NCBI GenBank assembly: GCA_021432655.1
Contig: MU271486.1
Location: 1-53,927 of the forward strand
Direction of reading: 5' to 3'
DNA: 53,927 bases
Source: Atractiella rhizophila
Lineage: Eukaryota
Shown here: positions 11,408 through 21,944 of the stretch, one piece after another
How positions within the stretch are numbered: the first letter of the stretch is position 1
Layout: each line of letters opens with the position of its first letter
Position numbers and translations under genes: made by a program
The notes under the pieces: generated by a model
The model's input: only the letters and a program-made list of their open reading frames with translations
Databases searched by the model: none
What the model was told of the DNA's origin: nothing

Positions 11408-11866
11408 ATGGAGAGCCTTCCGGGAGGACTTTCGCCTCTCGAGGCGGAGCAGGATCTCTCTCTGAAGCCTATCCTGTTGCGATTATCGGTAGAACCTGAA
11501 TCCGACGATGAATGTGCGACGAGAGACCGAAGGGAAGAAGGTAGACTCAAAGGTAAACCGAAGGTGAGGGATGAACGGAGGTTTTTGAATGTTGTGGGGG
11601 AGAGCGAGGTTGAGGATTACGAGAGGAAGAAACTCTCACGGATGTCGACGCTGATGGAAGGATTTGGGGGTCAGAAAGGACTTCAGGTTGAGGAAGAAGT
11701 AGAGGAAGCATGGCAGCAAGGGCCAAGCTCGCTCTCCCAGTTACATGCTGACGCGCGTTCTTCCTTCCTGTCCGAGGCGGACGCCGAAGAGAAGGAGATT
11801 GAGATCAGAATACGGTTGCTGCAAGAGAAACATGAGTTGTTGGGGAGGCTAAAATCACTGACTTGA
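11408..11866 (+). CDS. Hypothetical acidic protein with a C-terminal coiled-coil-like segment (152 aa; may be part of a larger or decayed gene)
   Basis: ATG-initiated ORF, E/R-rich, heptad-like EEKEIEIRIRLLQEKHELLGRLKSL; duplicated at 2374-2717. Confidence 0.4.
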   Translation: MESLPGGLSPLEAEQDLSLKPILLRLSVEPESDDECATRDRREEGRLKGKPKVRDERRFLNVVGESEVEDYERKKLSRMSTLMEGFGGQKGLQVEEEVEEAWQQGPSSLSQLHADARSSFLSEADAEEKEIEIRIRLLQEKHELLGRLKSLT

Positions 11867-12269
11867 GGTGAGAGGAGGAGGAGTCTTTATTCTGAGGATG
11901 ACTGGTCGTTGCATTTCGTGATTCCATTGTGCAATATCTGTAATCATACGCCGTTTGTTAATGTGCCTTCCGTCTATGATATATCCTATCTTGGCTTTCT
12001 ATTACGTGATGGCTCCAAGCCAAACCAAGGAGCGTGTCCAAGAAATACCATCAGCAACTGAGCAAAACCAACGTGTTTGCCAGTGGAACAAGTTTGTGAG
12101 GCACCGAAGGCACTGGTACTGGAAGAGAATAGTTGTTGCGATTTCAAGTCGAGAACTTCCATAGGAAGTTCCAACGACGGCAGCAACCAACAACGTTAGC
12201 GTTTATTTCTTTCCCTTGAAACGATCGGAGGACGCGTTGAACAACAACCACCAAACAATTTGCTACCCG

Positions 12270-14670
12270 ATGTCCAAGAGTTTAACCAGCAACCATGTTA
12301 AGCAGCCGAGCAAGCAAAGTTGCATTTGGAGCAACTGTTCTCACACTCACACTTCTGAGTTTTTGAATCATGCTACGGAAAGCTTCATTGAAGAAACTCT
12401 AAATCATTACTACTCTGCAAGCGTCGTCGCTTTCCTCGAAGAATTCTTTCCTACTCCCAGGAATCAGCAATCGAAGCTCAAGGAGGAAGAGGAATGGGAA
12501 TCCAAGAATGCTAACAAATTGAAATCCTGGCGGAAAGTGATGGGAGTGAAGGACAGGCAGGAGAGTGAGATGTATCCCATGATTGTGAGTATTGTTTCAA
12601 ACAAGCAACTGGATTTTTATGGCTGTTATTGTTTAGACGAGGTTAATGAACTTTCTGTGGGAAGATAAAGAGTTGGAGTTCCGCGATGTGCATGTGCATC
12701 CACCAGCCGACGATGAAGAGTACGATGGAGGCAAGTTTGGCGGCAAATCAGGCTTTATGGGCGTGGAGAAAGACGAGTGTTGTGGAATCAAGAACACGAT
12801 CTGCTGGACTCATTGCCAACTGGTAGCGGACGCGACAATACAGCAGTACGATCCTTTCGACGAGTCAAACTGGAATCAAGATACCGAACAAGTACTCGAA
12901 CAGGTTCTCTACTCTTTCATGAATCTCACATATTATCAGCATCGAACAGCATCCTATTACATCCTATTCTTCCCTGGCGCAGCAAGAATCGTTCGTTGGA
13001 CTCCGAGGCACATTGTTTACACCGAACTATTCGATTTCACAAGCGAAGACGAGTTTGACGATTTCTGTCATTTCGTTCGCTCGTATGGTTCAGCTGGAGC
13101 GAATCGCGGCCTCGATCATCACTTTATCAGAGCCACCACATTCGTCGCGGAGGCGGCTCATCAGGTCTTTGGAGCGAGTAAAGAGCAGCTCAAGCAGGCT
13201 GGATTCAGTGTTCCCAGGGCTGCCGACATTTGGGTGCTAAATCTTCCAGCATTGTCACCTCCGAACGCTCCGTGTTCGCAGCCGTCGATGCAGTTGATCG
13301 TAGGAAGAATCAATGACTGCTGTCGTCCGTCGCTCTGTGGCAGGAATGGAAAGTACTTCATAGGGTACGAAAAGGAGAAGGAGGAATCGATTTATTTTGT
13401 GAAAGCCAACTGGACATATATTGGTGAGGGTCGCGCATCGGAATCGGAAGTGTATGACAAGCTCAAGAAATCACACTATGTTCAAGAAATGATCTACGGT
13501 GGCCACCCCAAAGACGTAGAAGATCATGACTACACGCTCAAAAATTCATCACGCATCACGGCATCTGTGCTTGAACTGTTACAGACGGAGGAAGAACCGG
13601 TTACGTCAAAGAAGAAGGGAGAACCATCTGATCCAGCTCAGAGGTTGCACTTCCTTGTCCTCCCGTTTGTTCGCCCATTCTATACGTTTCGGAACGCGTA
13701 CGAACTCGTAGAAGGAATTCGTGGAGGACTTCAAGGTCCGTTTGTTTGTCGGACGAAGGACTATCTCCCTGATCTTTGTGTCTAGGCCTTCTGGATCTGT
13801 ACCGTGCGGGTTACCTTCATCGCGACGTCAGCCACTCCAACATTGCTCTGGTACGGTCTGGAGCTGATGTGAAAGGTGTCCTCCAAGATTTCGATTTTGC
13901 TGTCGACTTGGCCGCGACAAGAACAATCATTCACAGCAAGACGGTGTGTCCATCTCTGCTTCTTATCCTTAATAATCAACATGACTGATAACCTTGATTA
14001 GGGGACATACCTTTTTCTGTCGGCTGCCCTCCTTGGCGAGGACTGGCATGCGCACGAACTGATGGATGACATCGAATCCACCTACCACATTCTAACAACA
14101 CATACTTACCCGCATTGGCACTCCAGTCGGCGTGCGAAAGCAGAACACCTCATTAAATCGTACGATCGCAAGGACGCAGTCGGTATGAAGAAGGATGAGT
14201 TAAAAGGGACTTACGACCGATTTGGCGACGGCGACATTCGAGCGGACATCGCGATTCTGGGTCATGTCATTTCCCTTTTTCGCCAATTTCTGGCTTCTCG
14301 TTATCACCCACAAAAAGGAATCCTCCAAGAAGTCCTAGCAACAGCTCGTGCGAAGGAAGTAATCCAGCTCTGCTCAAACATTAGGATACCACAAGGAGAA
14401 CTGAAAGAGTTCCTCCAACCAGGTTTTATTGATGCGCTTGCTTTCGACACGAATGATAAACAAGAGAAGTTGCTGCGATTTCTGATTCAGTTCTTACAAA
14501 TCGTGATCAAGCAGCACAAGGAACAGTTGGAAGGGATGACGCACAACGAACCGAATGTTGTTGATACTATTTTGGGGAAAAATAATAAGAAGAGAAAAGG
14601 GGAAGGATTAGAGAGCAGCACGTCCAAGAGGCTACAAGTACTTCAACAGCAAGTCGTTCCTTCTTCGTGA
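12270..14670 (+). CDS. Type B (degenerate nuclease motif) FunK1 fungal-type protein kinase; introns 12585-12636, 13736-13785, 13944-14001
   Basis: Same intron positions as type A and in-frame splicing; HRDVSHSNI, QDFDFA and DDIES intact; KSGF and ADAT replace KPDF and ADAK. Confidence 0.88.
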
Positions 14671-14826
14671 TTTGTCAATACCAAGTCTTTCTCATGTCAA
14701 TCCTGTTTGGAATGTAAATAGTTTTTTTTTTGGAATGTAAATAGTTACTTAGGGCTAGTACACTTCGTGAGGCTGCGGATTGGGAATGCTTGAATAATAT
14801 TCTGAAATGAATCAGACAGCTGAGGG

Positions 14827-15591
14827 CTAAACACTCCCACCCACATTAAGGCTCATGGTCTCTCTTTGGCCGTCCTTCACTCCAGCATCCGGATGTCCAA
14901 TACCATTTTCCATGACCAGCCCAGGCATCGTCGTCTCCTTCTTCTTTCCCACCCCATCACCCTTACCCTTCTTCAACCTCGCCCCTTCCTTCTCCTTCTC
15001 CTTCTCTTTTCCCTTAACCAAAGCAGGCACCTCGAGTCTAACCCTCTTTCCCTCCCCCCCTCTATCCCCTGAACTCCTCCATCTCTCCTCTTCCCATCCA
15101 CTCCCCGGCTCCCTAGGCTGCCAATCGAAGCCCCAACTCAAATACCTACTTCCACCCGGATTCGGGTCCCTCTCAACCGGCATTCTCGTCACCACATCCA
15201 ACGGCGGTTCCTTCTCCACAATGTCTTTCCCTCCCATCCCCCCCGTTGCGGCTGCGGCAGAGGAGGATGAGGAGGTGGGGATGGGCGGTGGTGGTTCGAG
15301 CGCGTATTCTCTGGAACCACCTCGAGGATCGAGTGCGGCGGGCGGACCGGTGCGGAGGAGACGGGAGATGAAGGATGAGTCGTGTGACCATTCGTTTGGA
15401 GTTTCCATCTTCGCACGGAGGGATGGGAGTGTGAGGGAGGATTTTGTGCGCGATGCGGTGAGCGGGAGCGAGTTGGGGGGTATGGGTATCGAGACCGTTG
15501 CAGGGAGGGCGGTGGAGAAAGGATGCATGGGTGGGAACGGTTCTGTGTTTGTAAGAGTGGTAGTGACGTATCCAGACGGGATCTGATTCTG
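14827..15591 (-). pseudogene. 5'-truncated copy of the TAF8-like last exon
   Basis: Near-identical to 18442-19206; switches to kinase sequence after gatctgattctg. Confidence 0.85.
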
Positions 15592-15592
15592 A

Positions 15593-15908
15593 TGAAGTAA
15601 TCCAGCTCTGTTCAACGCTTGAAATCTCACACGACAAACTGGAAGAGTTCCTCCAACCAGGTTTTATTGATGCGCTTGCTTTCGACACGAATGATAAACA
15701 AGAGAAGTTGCTGCGATTTCTGATTCAGTTCTTACAAATAGTGATCAAGCAGCACAAGGAACAGTTGGAAGGGATGACGCACAACGAACCGAATGTTGTT
15801 GATGCTATTTTGAGGAAAAATAATAAGAAAAGAAAGGGGGAAGGATTAGAGAGCAGCACGTCCAAGAGGCTACAAGTACTTCAACAGCAAGTCGTTCCTT
15901 CTTCGTGA
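15593..15908 (+). pseudogene. FunK1 kinase 3'-end fragment (EVIQLCSTLEISHDKLEEF... to stop)
   Basis: Start matches 308-420 and 5204-5320; no upstream kinase exons. Confidence 0.85.
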
Positions 15909-16063
15909 TTTGTCAATACCAAGTCTTTCTCATGTAAATCCTGTTTGGAATGTAAATAGTTTGCGTTTTGGAATGTAAACAGTTCTTTAGGGCTGGTAAC
16001 TTCGTGAGGTGCGGATTGGGAATGCTTGAATAATATTTCTGAAATGAATCAGACAGCTGAGGG

Positions 16064-18019
16064 CTAAACACTCCCACCCACATTAAGGCTCATGGTCTCT
16101 CTGTGGCCGTCCTTCACTCCAGCATCCGGATGTCCAATACCATTTTCCATGACCAGCCCAGGCATCGTCGTCTCATTCTTCTTTCCCACCCCATCACCCT
16201 TACCCTTCTTCAACCTCGCCCCTTCCTTCTCCTTCTCCTTCTCTTTTCCCTTAACCAAAGCAGGCACCTCGAGTCTAACCCTCTTTCCCTCCCCCCCTCT
16301 ATCCCCTGAACTCCTCCACCTCTCCTCTTCCCATCCACTCCCCGGCTCCCTAGGCTGCCAATCGAAGCCCCAGCTCAAATACCTACTTCCACCCGGATTC
16401 GGGTCCCTCTCAACCGGCATCCTCGTCACCACATCCAACGGCGGTTCCTTCTCCGCAACGTCTTTCCCTCCCATTCCTCCCGTTGCTGCTGTGGCAGAGG
16501 ATGAGGAGGAGGTGGGGATGGGCGGTGGTGGTTCGAGCGCATATTCTCTGGAACCACCTCGAGGATCGAGTGCGGCGGGGGGACCGGTGCGGAGGAGACG
16601 GGAGATGAAGGATGAGTCGTGTGACCATTCGTTTGGAGTTTCCATCTTCGCACGGAGGGATGGGAGTGTGAGGGAGGATTTTGTGCGCGATGCGGTGAGC
16701 GGGAGCGAGTTGGGGGGTATGGGTATCGAGACCGTTGCAGGGAGGGCGGTGGAGAAAGGATGCATGGGTGGGAACGGTTCTGTGTTTGTAAGAGTGGTAG
16801 TGACGTATCCAGACGGGATCTGATTCTGCAGATTCCTTCCCCCTCCCATCATCATCTCTCTCTCTCTCTCCTTCTTCTTCCCCTTCTTCTCCCCTTCCCC
16901 TTTCTCCTCCGTCCCCTTCCTCACCAACACCTCTTTCTGTCCCACAGGAGGGAAAGGCAGCCAACCGCCACCTAATCGGCCGTGTCGAGGACGTAAAGGA
17001 GGGATGGAGGTCACGAGCGAGTCTTCTGCGGTGTCAGCGGCGGAGGTGGCGAAGGCGGTCCATTGTCGTCGTTTGGTGTTATGGCGGGTGTAGGATGGCG
17101 GATGGCGGAGGAGGGAGGAGTCGGCGCTGGAGAGGAAGGCTGAGGTCTCGGCAAAGTATTTCAATGATGAGGGCGGAGGAGGACGCTGGCCGGCTTTGGA
17201 AGTGGATGGAGATGGAGGGGTGGAGGAATGGAGGGGTGGAGAGGGAGTAGAGGGGAGAGAAGAGATGAGATCTTCTTTGTCCGTCGGTTTAACACCTTCT
17301 ATGGGAAATAATCAACATCAAATCGTCAAACGCGAACTGAGAGTAAAAACTCACCATTAGCCAAAGGCGTGACCTCCCTAAATATTGGCACTCCCTCCCT
17401 CCCATGCCACTCCTTCAACGTGCTCTCCTCCCACCCGACCTCACTAACATAAGCATCCCACCACTCCGCTTTTCCCGCTCCCTTCTCTTCTTCTTCCTTC
17501 TTCTTAAACCGTACCTCATTCCTAACCTTGCTCAACGGTCCCTCTTCCACACCACCCTCTGCCACTGTACCCCCTTCACCGGATTGAATTCCATCCACAC
17601 CATTGGTCATGTTGTTGGCGTTGGCAGTGGAAAGCAGAAGGGTCTCGTGTCCAGGAAGCGGAGGGAACCAAGCTGGGATGTATTCCGGACGGAGAGAAGG
17701 ATCTTTCCACCCTGGGAAGAGAGGATTCTTCTCTCCCTCTTCTTCATCCTCTGGTACCAACATTTCATCGTCGTCTTGATTCTCGCCCTGGGATGCTGAT
17801 AAGGAGTGACGACGCTTCCGCTTCCCGAGACTGCTGGAGTGTGGAAGGGGAAAGGCGAACGCCTGCTCGACGAGTTTGGAGTGCTCGGATGGAGAGAGCG
17901 AGGAGAACCGGAGACGGGTGCGCTGTCCCTTGGCCGTGTTTTCGCCTTCTTCTCCCTCTCCATCTTCGCTAGAACCGGCGAGCTGGCCGACACTCTTTCC
18001 CAAGCTCTCTACGATGCGA
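16064..18019 (-). pseudogene. 5'-truncated TAF8-like copy (exons 3-4 with open frame, histone-fold exon missing)
   Basis: ORFs 17326-18078 and 16064-17164 match 19729-20409 and 18442-19542; the breakpoint falls in intron 2. Confidence 0.85.
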
Positions 18020-18285
18020 AAGAGTTCCTCCAACCAGGTTTTATTGATGCGCTTGCTTTCGACACGAATGATAAACAAGAGAAGTTGCTGCGATTTCTGA
18101 TTCAGTTCTTACAAATAGTGATCAAGCAGCACAAGGAACAGTTGGAAGGGATGACGCACAACGAACCGAATGTTGTTGATACTATTTTGAGGAAAAATAA
18201 TAAGAAAAGAAAAGGGGAAGGATTAGAGAGCAGCACGTCCAAGAGGCTACAAGTACTTCAACAGCAAGTCGTTCCTTCTTCGTGA
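18020..18285 (+). pseudogene. FunK1 kinase 3'-end fragment (KEFLQPG... to stop)
   Basis: Near-identical to 14405-14670. Confidence 0.85.
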
Positions 18286-18441
18286 TTTGTCAATACCAAG
18301 TCTTTCTCATGTCAATCCTGTTTGGAATGTAAATAGTTTTTTTTTTGGAATGTAAATAGTTACTTAGGGCTAGTACACTTCGTGAGGCTGCGGATTGGGA
18401 ATGCTTGAATAATATTCTGAAATGAATCAGACAGCTGAGGG

Positions 18442-20875
18442 CTAAACACTCCCACCCACATTAAGGCTCATGGTCTCTCTTTGGCCGTCCTTCACTCCAG
18501 CATCCGGATGTCCAATACCATTTTCCATGACCAGCCCAGGCATCGTCGTCTCCTTCTTCTTTCCCACCCCATCACCCTTACCCTTCTTCAACCTCGCCCC
18601 TTCCTTCTCCTTCTCCTTCTCTTTTCCCTTAACCAAAGCAGGCACCTCGAGTCTAACCCTCTTTCCCTCCCCCCCTCTATCCCCTGAACTCCTCCATCTC
18701 TCCTCTTCCCATCCACTCCCCGGCTCCCTAGGCTGCCAATCGAAGCCCCAACTCAAATACCTACTTCCACCCGGATTCGGGTCCCTCTCAACCGGCATTC
18801 TCGTCACCACATCCAACGGCGGTTCCTTCTCCACAATGTCTTTCCCTCCCATCCCCCCCGTTGCGGCTGCGGCAGAGGAGGATGAGGAGGTGGGGATGGG
18901 CGGTGGTGGTTCGAGCGCGTATTCTCTGGAACCACCTCGAGGATCGAGTGCGGCGGGCGGACCGGTGCGGAGGAGACGGGAGATGAAGGATGAGTCGTGT
19001 GACCATTCGTTTGGAGTTTCCATCTTCGCACGGAGGGATGGGAGTGTGAGGGAGGATTTTGTGCGCGATGCGGTGAGCGGGAGCGAGTTGGGGGGTATGG
19101 GTATCGAGACCGTTGCAGGGAGGGCGGTGGAGAAAGGATGCATGGGTGGGAACGGTTCTGTGTTTGTAAGAGTGGTAGTGACGTATCCAGACGGGATCTG
19201 ATTCTGTAGATTCCTTCCCCCTCCCATCATCATCTCTCTCTCCCTCTCTTTCTTCTTCCCCTTCTTCTCCCCTTCCCCTTTCTCCTCCGTCCCCTTCCTC
19301 ACCAACACCTCCTTCTGTCCCACAGGAGGGAAAGGCAGCCAACCGCCGCCTAATCGACCGTGTCGAGGACGTAAAGGAGGGATGGAGGTCACGAGCGAGT
19401 CTTCTGCGGTGTCAGCGGCTGAGGTGGCAAAGGCGGTCCATTGTCGTCTCTTGGTGTTATGGCGGGTGTAGGACGGCGGATGGCGGAGGAGGGATGAGTC
19501 GGCGCTGGAGAGGAAGGCTGAGGTCTCGGCAAAGTATTTCAAGGATGAGGGCGGAGGAGGACGCTGGCCAGCTTTGGAAGTGGATGGAGATGGAGGTGTA
19601 GAGGAATGGAGGGGCGGAGAGGGAGTAGAGGGGAGAGAAGAGATTAGATCTTCTTTGTCCGTCGTTTTAACACCTTCTAGGGAAAATAATCGGCATCAAT
19701 TCGTCAAACGCAAAATGAGAGATAAAAACTAACCATGAGCCAAAGGCATGACTTCCCTGAATACTGGTACTCCTTCCCTCCCATGCCACTCCTTCAACGT
19801 GCTCTCCTCCCACCCCACCTCACTAACATAAGCATCCCACCACTCCGCTTTTCCCGCTCCCTTCTCTTCCTCCTCCTTCTTCTTAAACCGTATCTCATTC
19901 CTAACCTTGCTCAACGGTCCCTCTTCCACACCACCCTCAGCCACTGTACCCCCTTCTCCAGATTGAACTCCATCCACATCATTGGGCATGTTGTTGGTGC
20001 TGGCAGTGGAAAGCAGAAGGGTCTCGTGTCCAGGAAGCGGAGGGAACCAAGCTGGGATGTATTCCGGACGGAGGGAAGGATCTTTCCACGCTGGGAAGAA
20101 CGGATTCTTCTCCCCCTCTCCTTCATCCTCTGGTACCAACATTTCATCGTCGTCTTGAATCTCGCCCTGGGATGCGGATAAGGAGTGACGACGCTTCCGC
20201 TTCCCGAGACTGCTCGAGTGCGGAAGCGGAAAGGCGAACGCCTGCTCGACGAGTTTGGAGTGCTCGGATGGAGAGAGCGAGGAGAACCGGAGACGGGTGC
20301 GCTGTCCCTTGGCCGTGTTTTCGCCTTCTTCTCCCTCTCCATCTTCGCTAGAACCGGCGAGCTGGCCGACACTCTTTCCCAAGCTCTCTACGATGCGATC
20401 CGTTACCAACCGGCTCCAGATTGCACGGAAACAAATGCGAAGAACTTACCAAGAAGAGCGTCAGCCCACTCAGCCCCACGTTCCCTCGCCTCCACCCACC
20501 CTCTCTCCTTCCCTTCACCCCTCCTCTTCCCCGCAAACTCCAACAACTCCTCCGTCTCCCTCGCGCCTCTCATCTCCTCCAACGCCTCCACCACATCCCT
20601 GCCATTGACGAGGGACCGGCCGGAGAGTTCAGCGTTCTCCCTGGAGAGGCTGCCGATGTGGGAGATGTAGGAGGCGAGGAGGTAGGAGAGCACGGTGAGA
20701 GGGACGGTGCGGATGTGGGTGAAGGATTGGGTGGAGGCGGTGGGCGAGGAGGAGGTGAGGAGGTGGAGGATGTTGAGCTGGAGGAGATAGTTGGCGTAGG
20801 CCCCTGCTCCTGCTTGCAACAGTTCACCTGGAGAATGGGCGATAACAAGGACGCGGACGAACCATTTTGCGACAT
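18442..20875 (-). CDS. TAF8: TFIID subunit 8-like protein (Bromo_TP histone fold + TAF8_C-like motif); introns about 20810-20862, 20388-20449, 19677-19733
   Basis: Spliced start MSQNGAGAYANYLLQL...; LSYLLASYISHIGSLSRENAELSGRSLVNGRDVVEALEEM is a Bromo_TP-type helix pattern; RPEYIPAWFPPLPGHET matches the TAF8 proline motif. Confidence 0.75.
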
Positions 20876-21944
20876 TTAGTCTGCTACTTATTGACCTCGA
20901 CGTGAATACCCTCGAAAGCACGTACTCGGAAGAGAAAGTCGTGTTATTGTCCTTGGTCAAGGAGTTTTAGTTATCTTCTAATCAGACCAACCTTCCTCCT
21001 AGAACAATAGACCAGATGGTCAACTAAGCTGCTTGGAAGGGAGAGAATGGAATGGGAAGAATGGCTGGAAGAAAGGAAAGGCGAAAGGTGTGTGCTTCAA
21101 ACTCCCGGGATGGAAAATGAGACACAATCGTCGCTCCCGCTTCATGAAAAGTATGAGCTACTTTCAATATGGGAAATGGATGTGTAGATATTCTATCGGT
21201 CCTAACAAAGATACGATGTAACAAGCTGGCCCTCGAAATAAAGTCTTTCGACATTTGACAATAATCTAGTCTCCCGTCTACGATCCAGTCCCCATCTGCA
21301 TCCCGCACTCCGGGATCTTTCTATCTCTAAGGAGGTTTCCCTTCCTTTGCCTATTTTCCAGGCCGAGAGCAACTGAAATGAGACGAAATGTACGGTCACA
21401 AAGCTTTCTTGCTCATCCAAAGTGGACCGATGCACAATGTCATTAATGCCAGGCCTTGCACGTCCATGCAATATTATGTGTCATCTTTATTCAACTTTGA
21501 GTCGTTAAAATAAATACCCTGGTTGTGAATCTTTCTGCCTCAAGTTGGTGTGGTGCATGAGGAGAGCCGAAAAAAAGGTCCCTTCTTCCTCAGGTGTCCT
21601 CTAAAGGTTTTAGAACAATCTGCATCATTTATATTTCACTACTATTTGGAGAGACTGGATGATTTCTATTGCTTAAAGGATACTGTGTGCTGTCAGAGGA
21701 ATACGAACAAAAAAATATGCTTTGTGTGAAGGACACGTGTAACTGGGTAACGGGCGTTTCTATAAACCAAAGAAAGAGAAGTAATCTAGTCAAGTGATAA
21801 TGTCGGAATGATATGCAAGTGCTGTGTAACCTAAAAATGGACGAAAATGCGGAGATTGAAGAGCAATACCTGGAACGATTCTATGTGACAAAAAGCCTGG
21901 TGTGAGAGAAATGGGACGGGGCCAGTTTGGGCCAATGTGTCTAT

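Larger units (their letters stand above)
1..14000. repeat. Tandem segmental duplication with a unit of about 9.15 kb
   Basis: 2374-4800 matches 11521-13945 (offset 9147); 1-2348 matches about 4904-7293 across the gap. Confidence 0.85.

Noticed and set aside
17806..18285. Chimeric ORF joining antisense TAF8 to the kinase tail
   Set aside because: Starts at GTG, has no evident promoter and is a by-product of the junction
14855..19201. Three 243-aa + strand ORFs (14855, 16092, 18470)
   Set aside because: Antisense shadows of the TAF8-like last exon; they repeat only because that exon is duplicated
1..21000. Transposon or CRISPR explanation for the repeats
   Set aside because: No terminal inverted repeats, target-site duplications, transposase or RT ORFs, or repeat-spacer periodicity seen; breakpoints vary between copies
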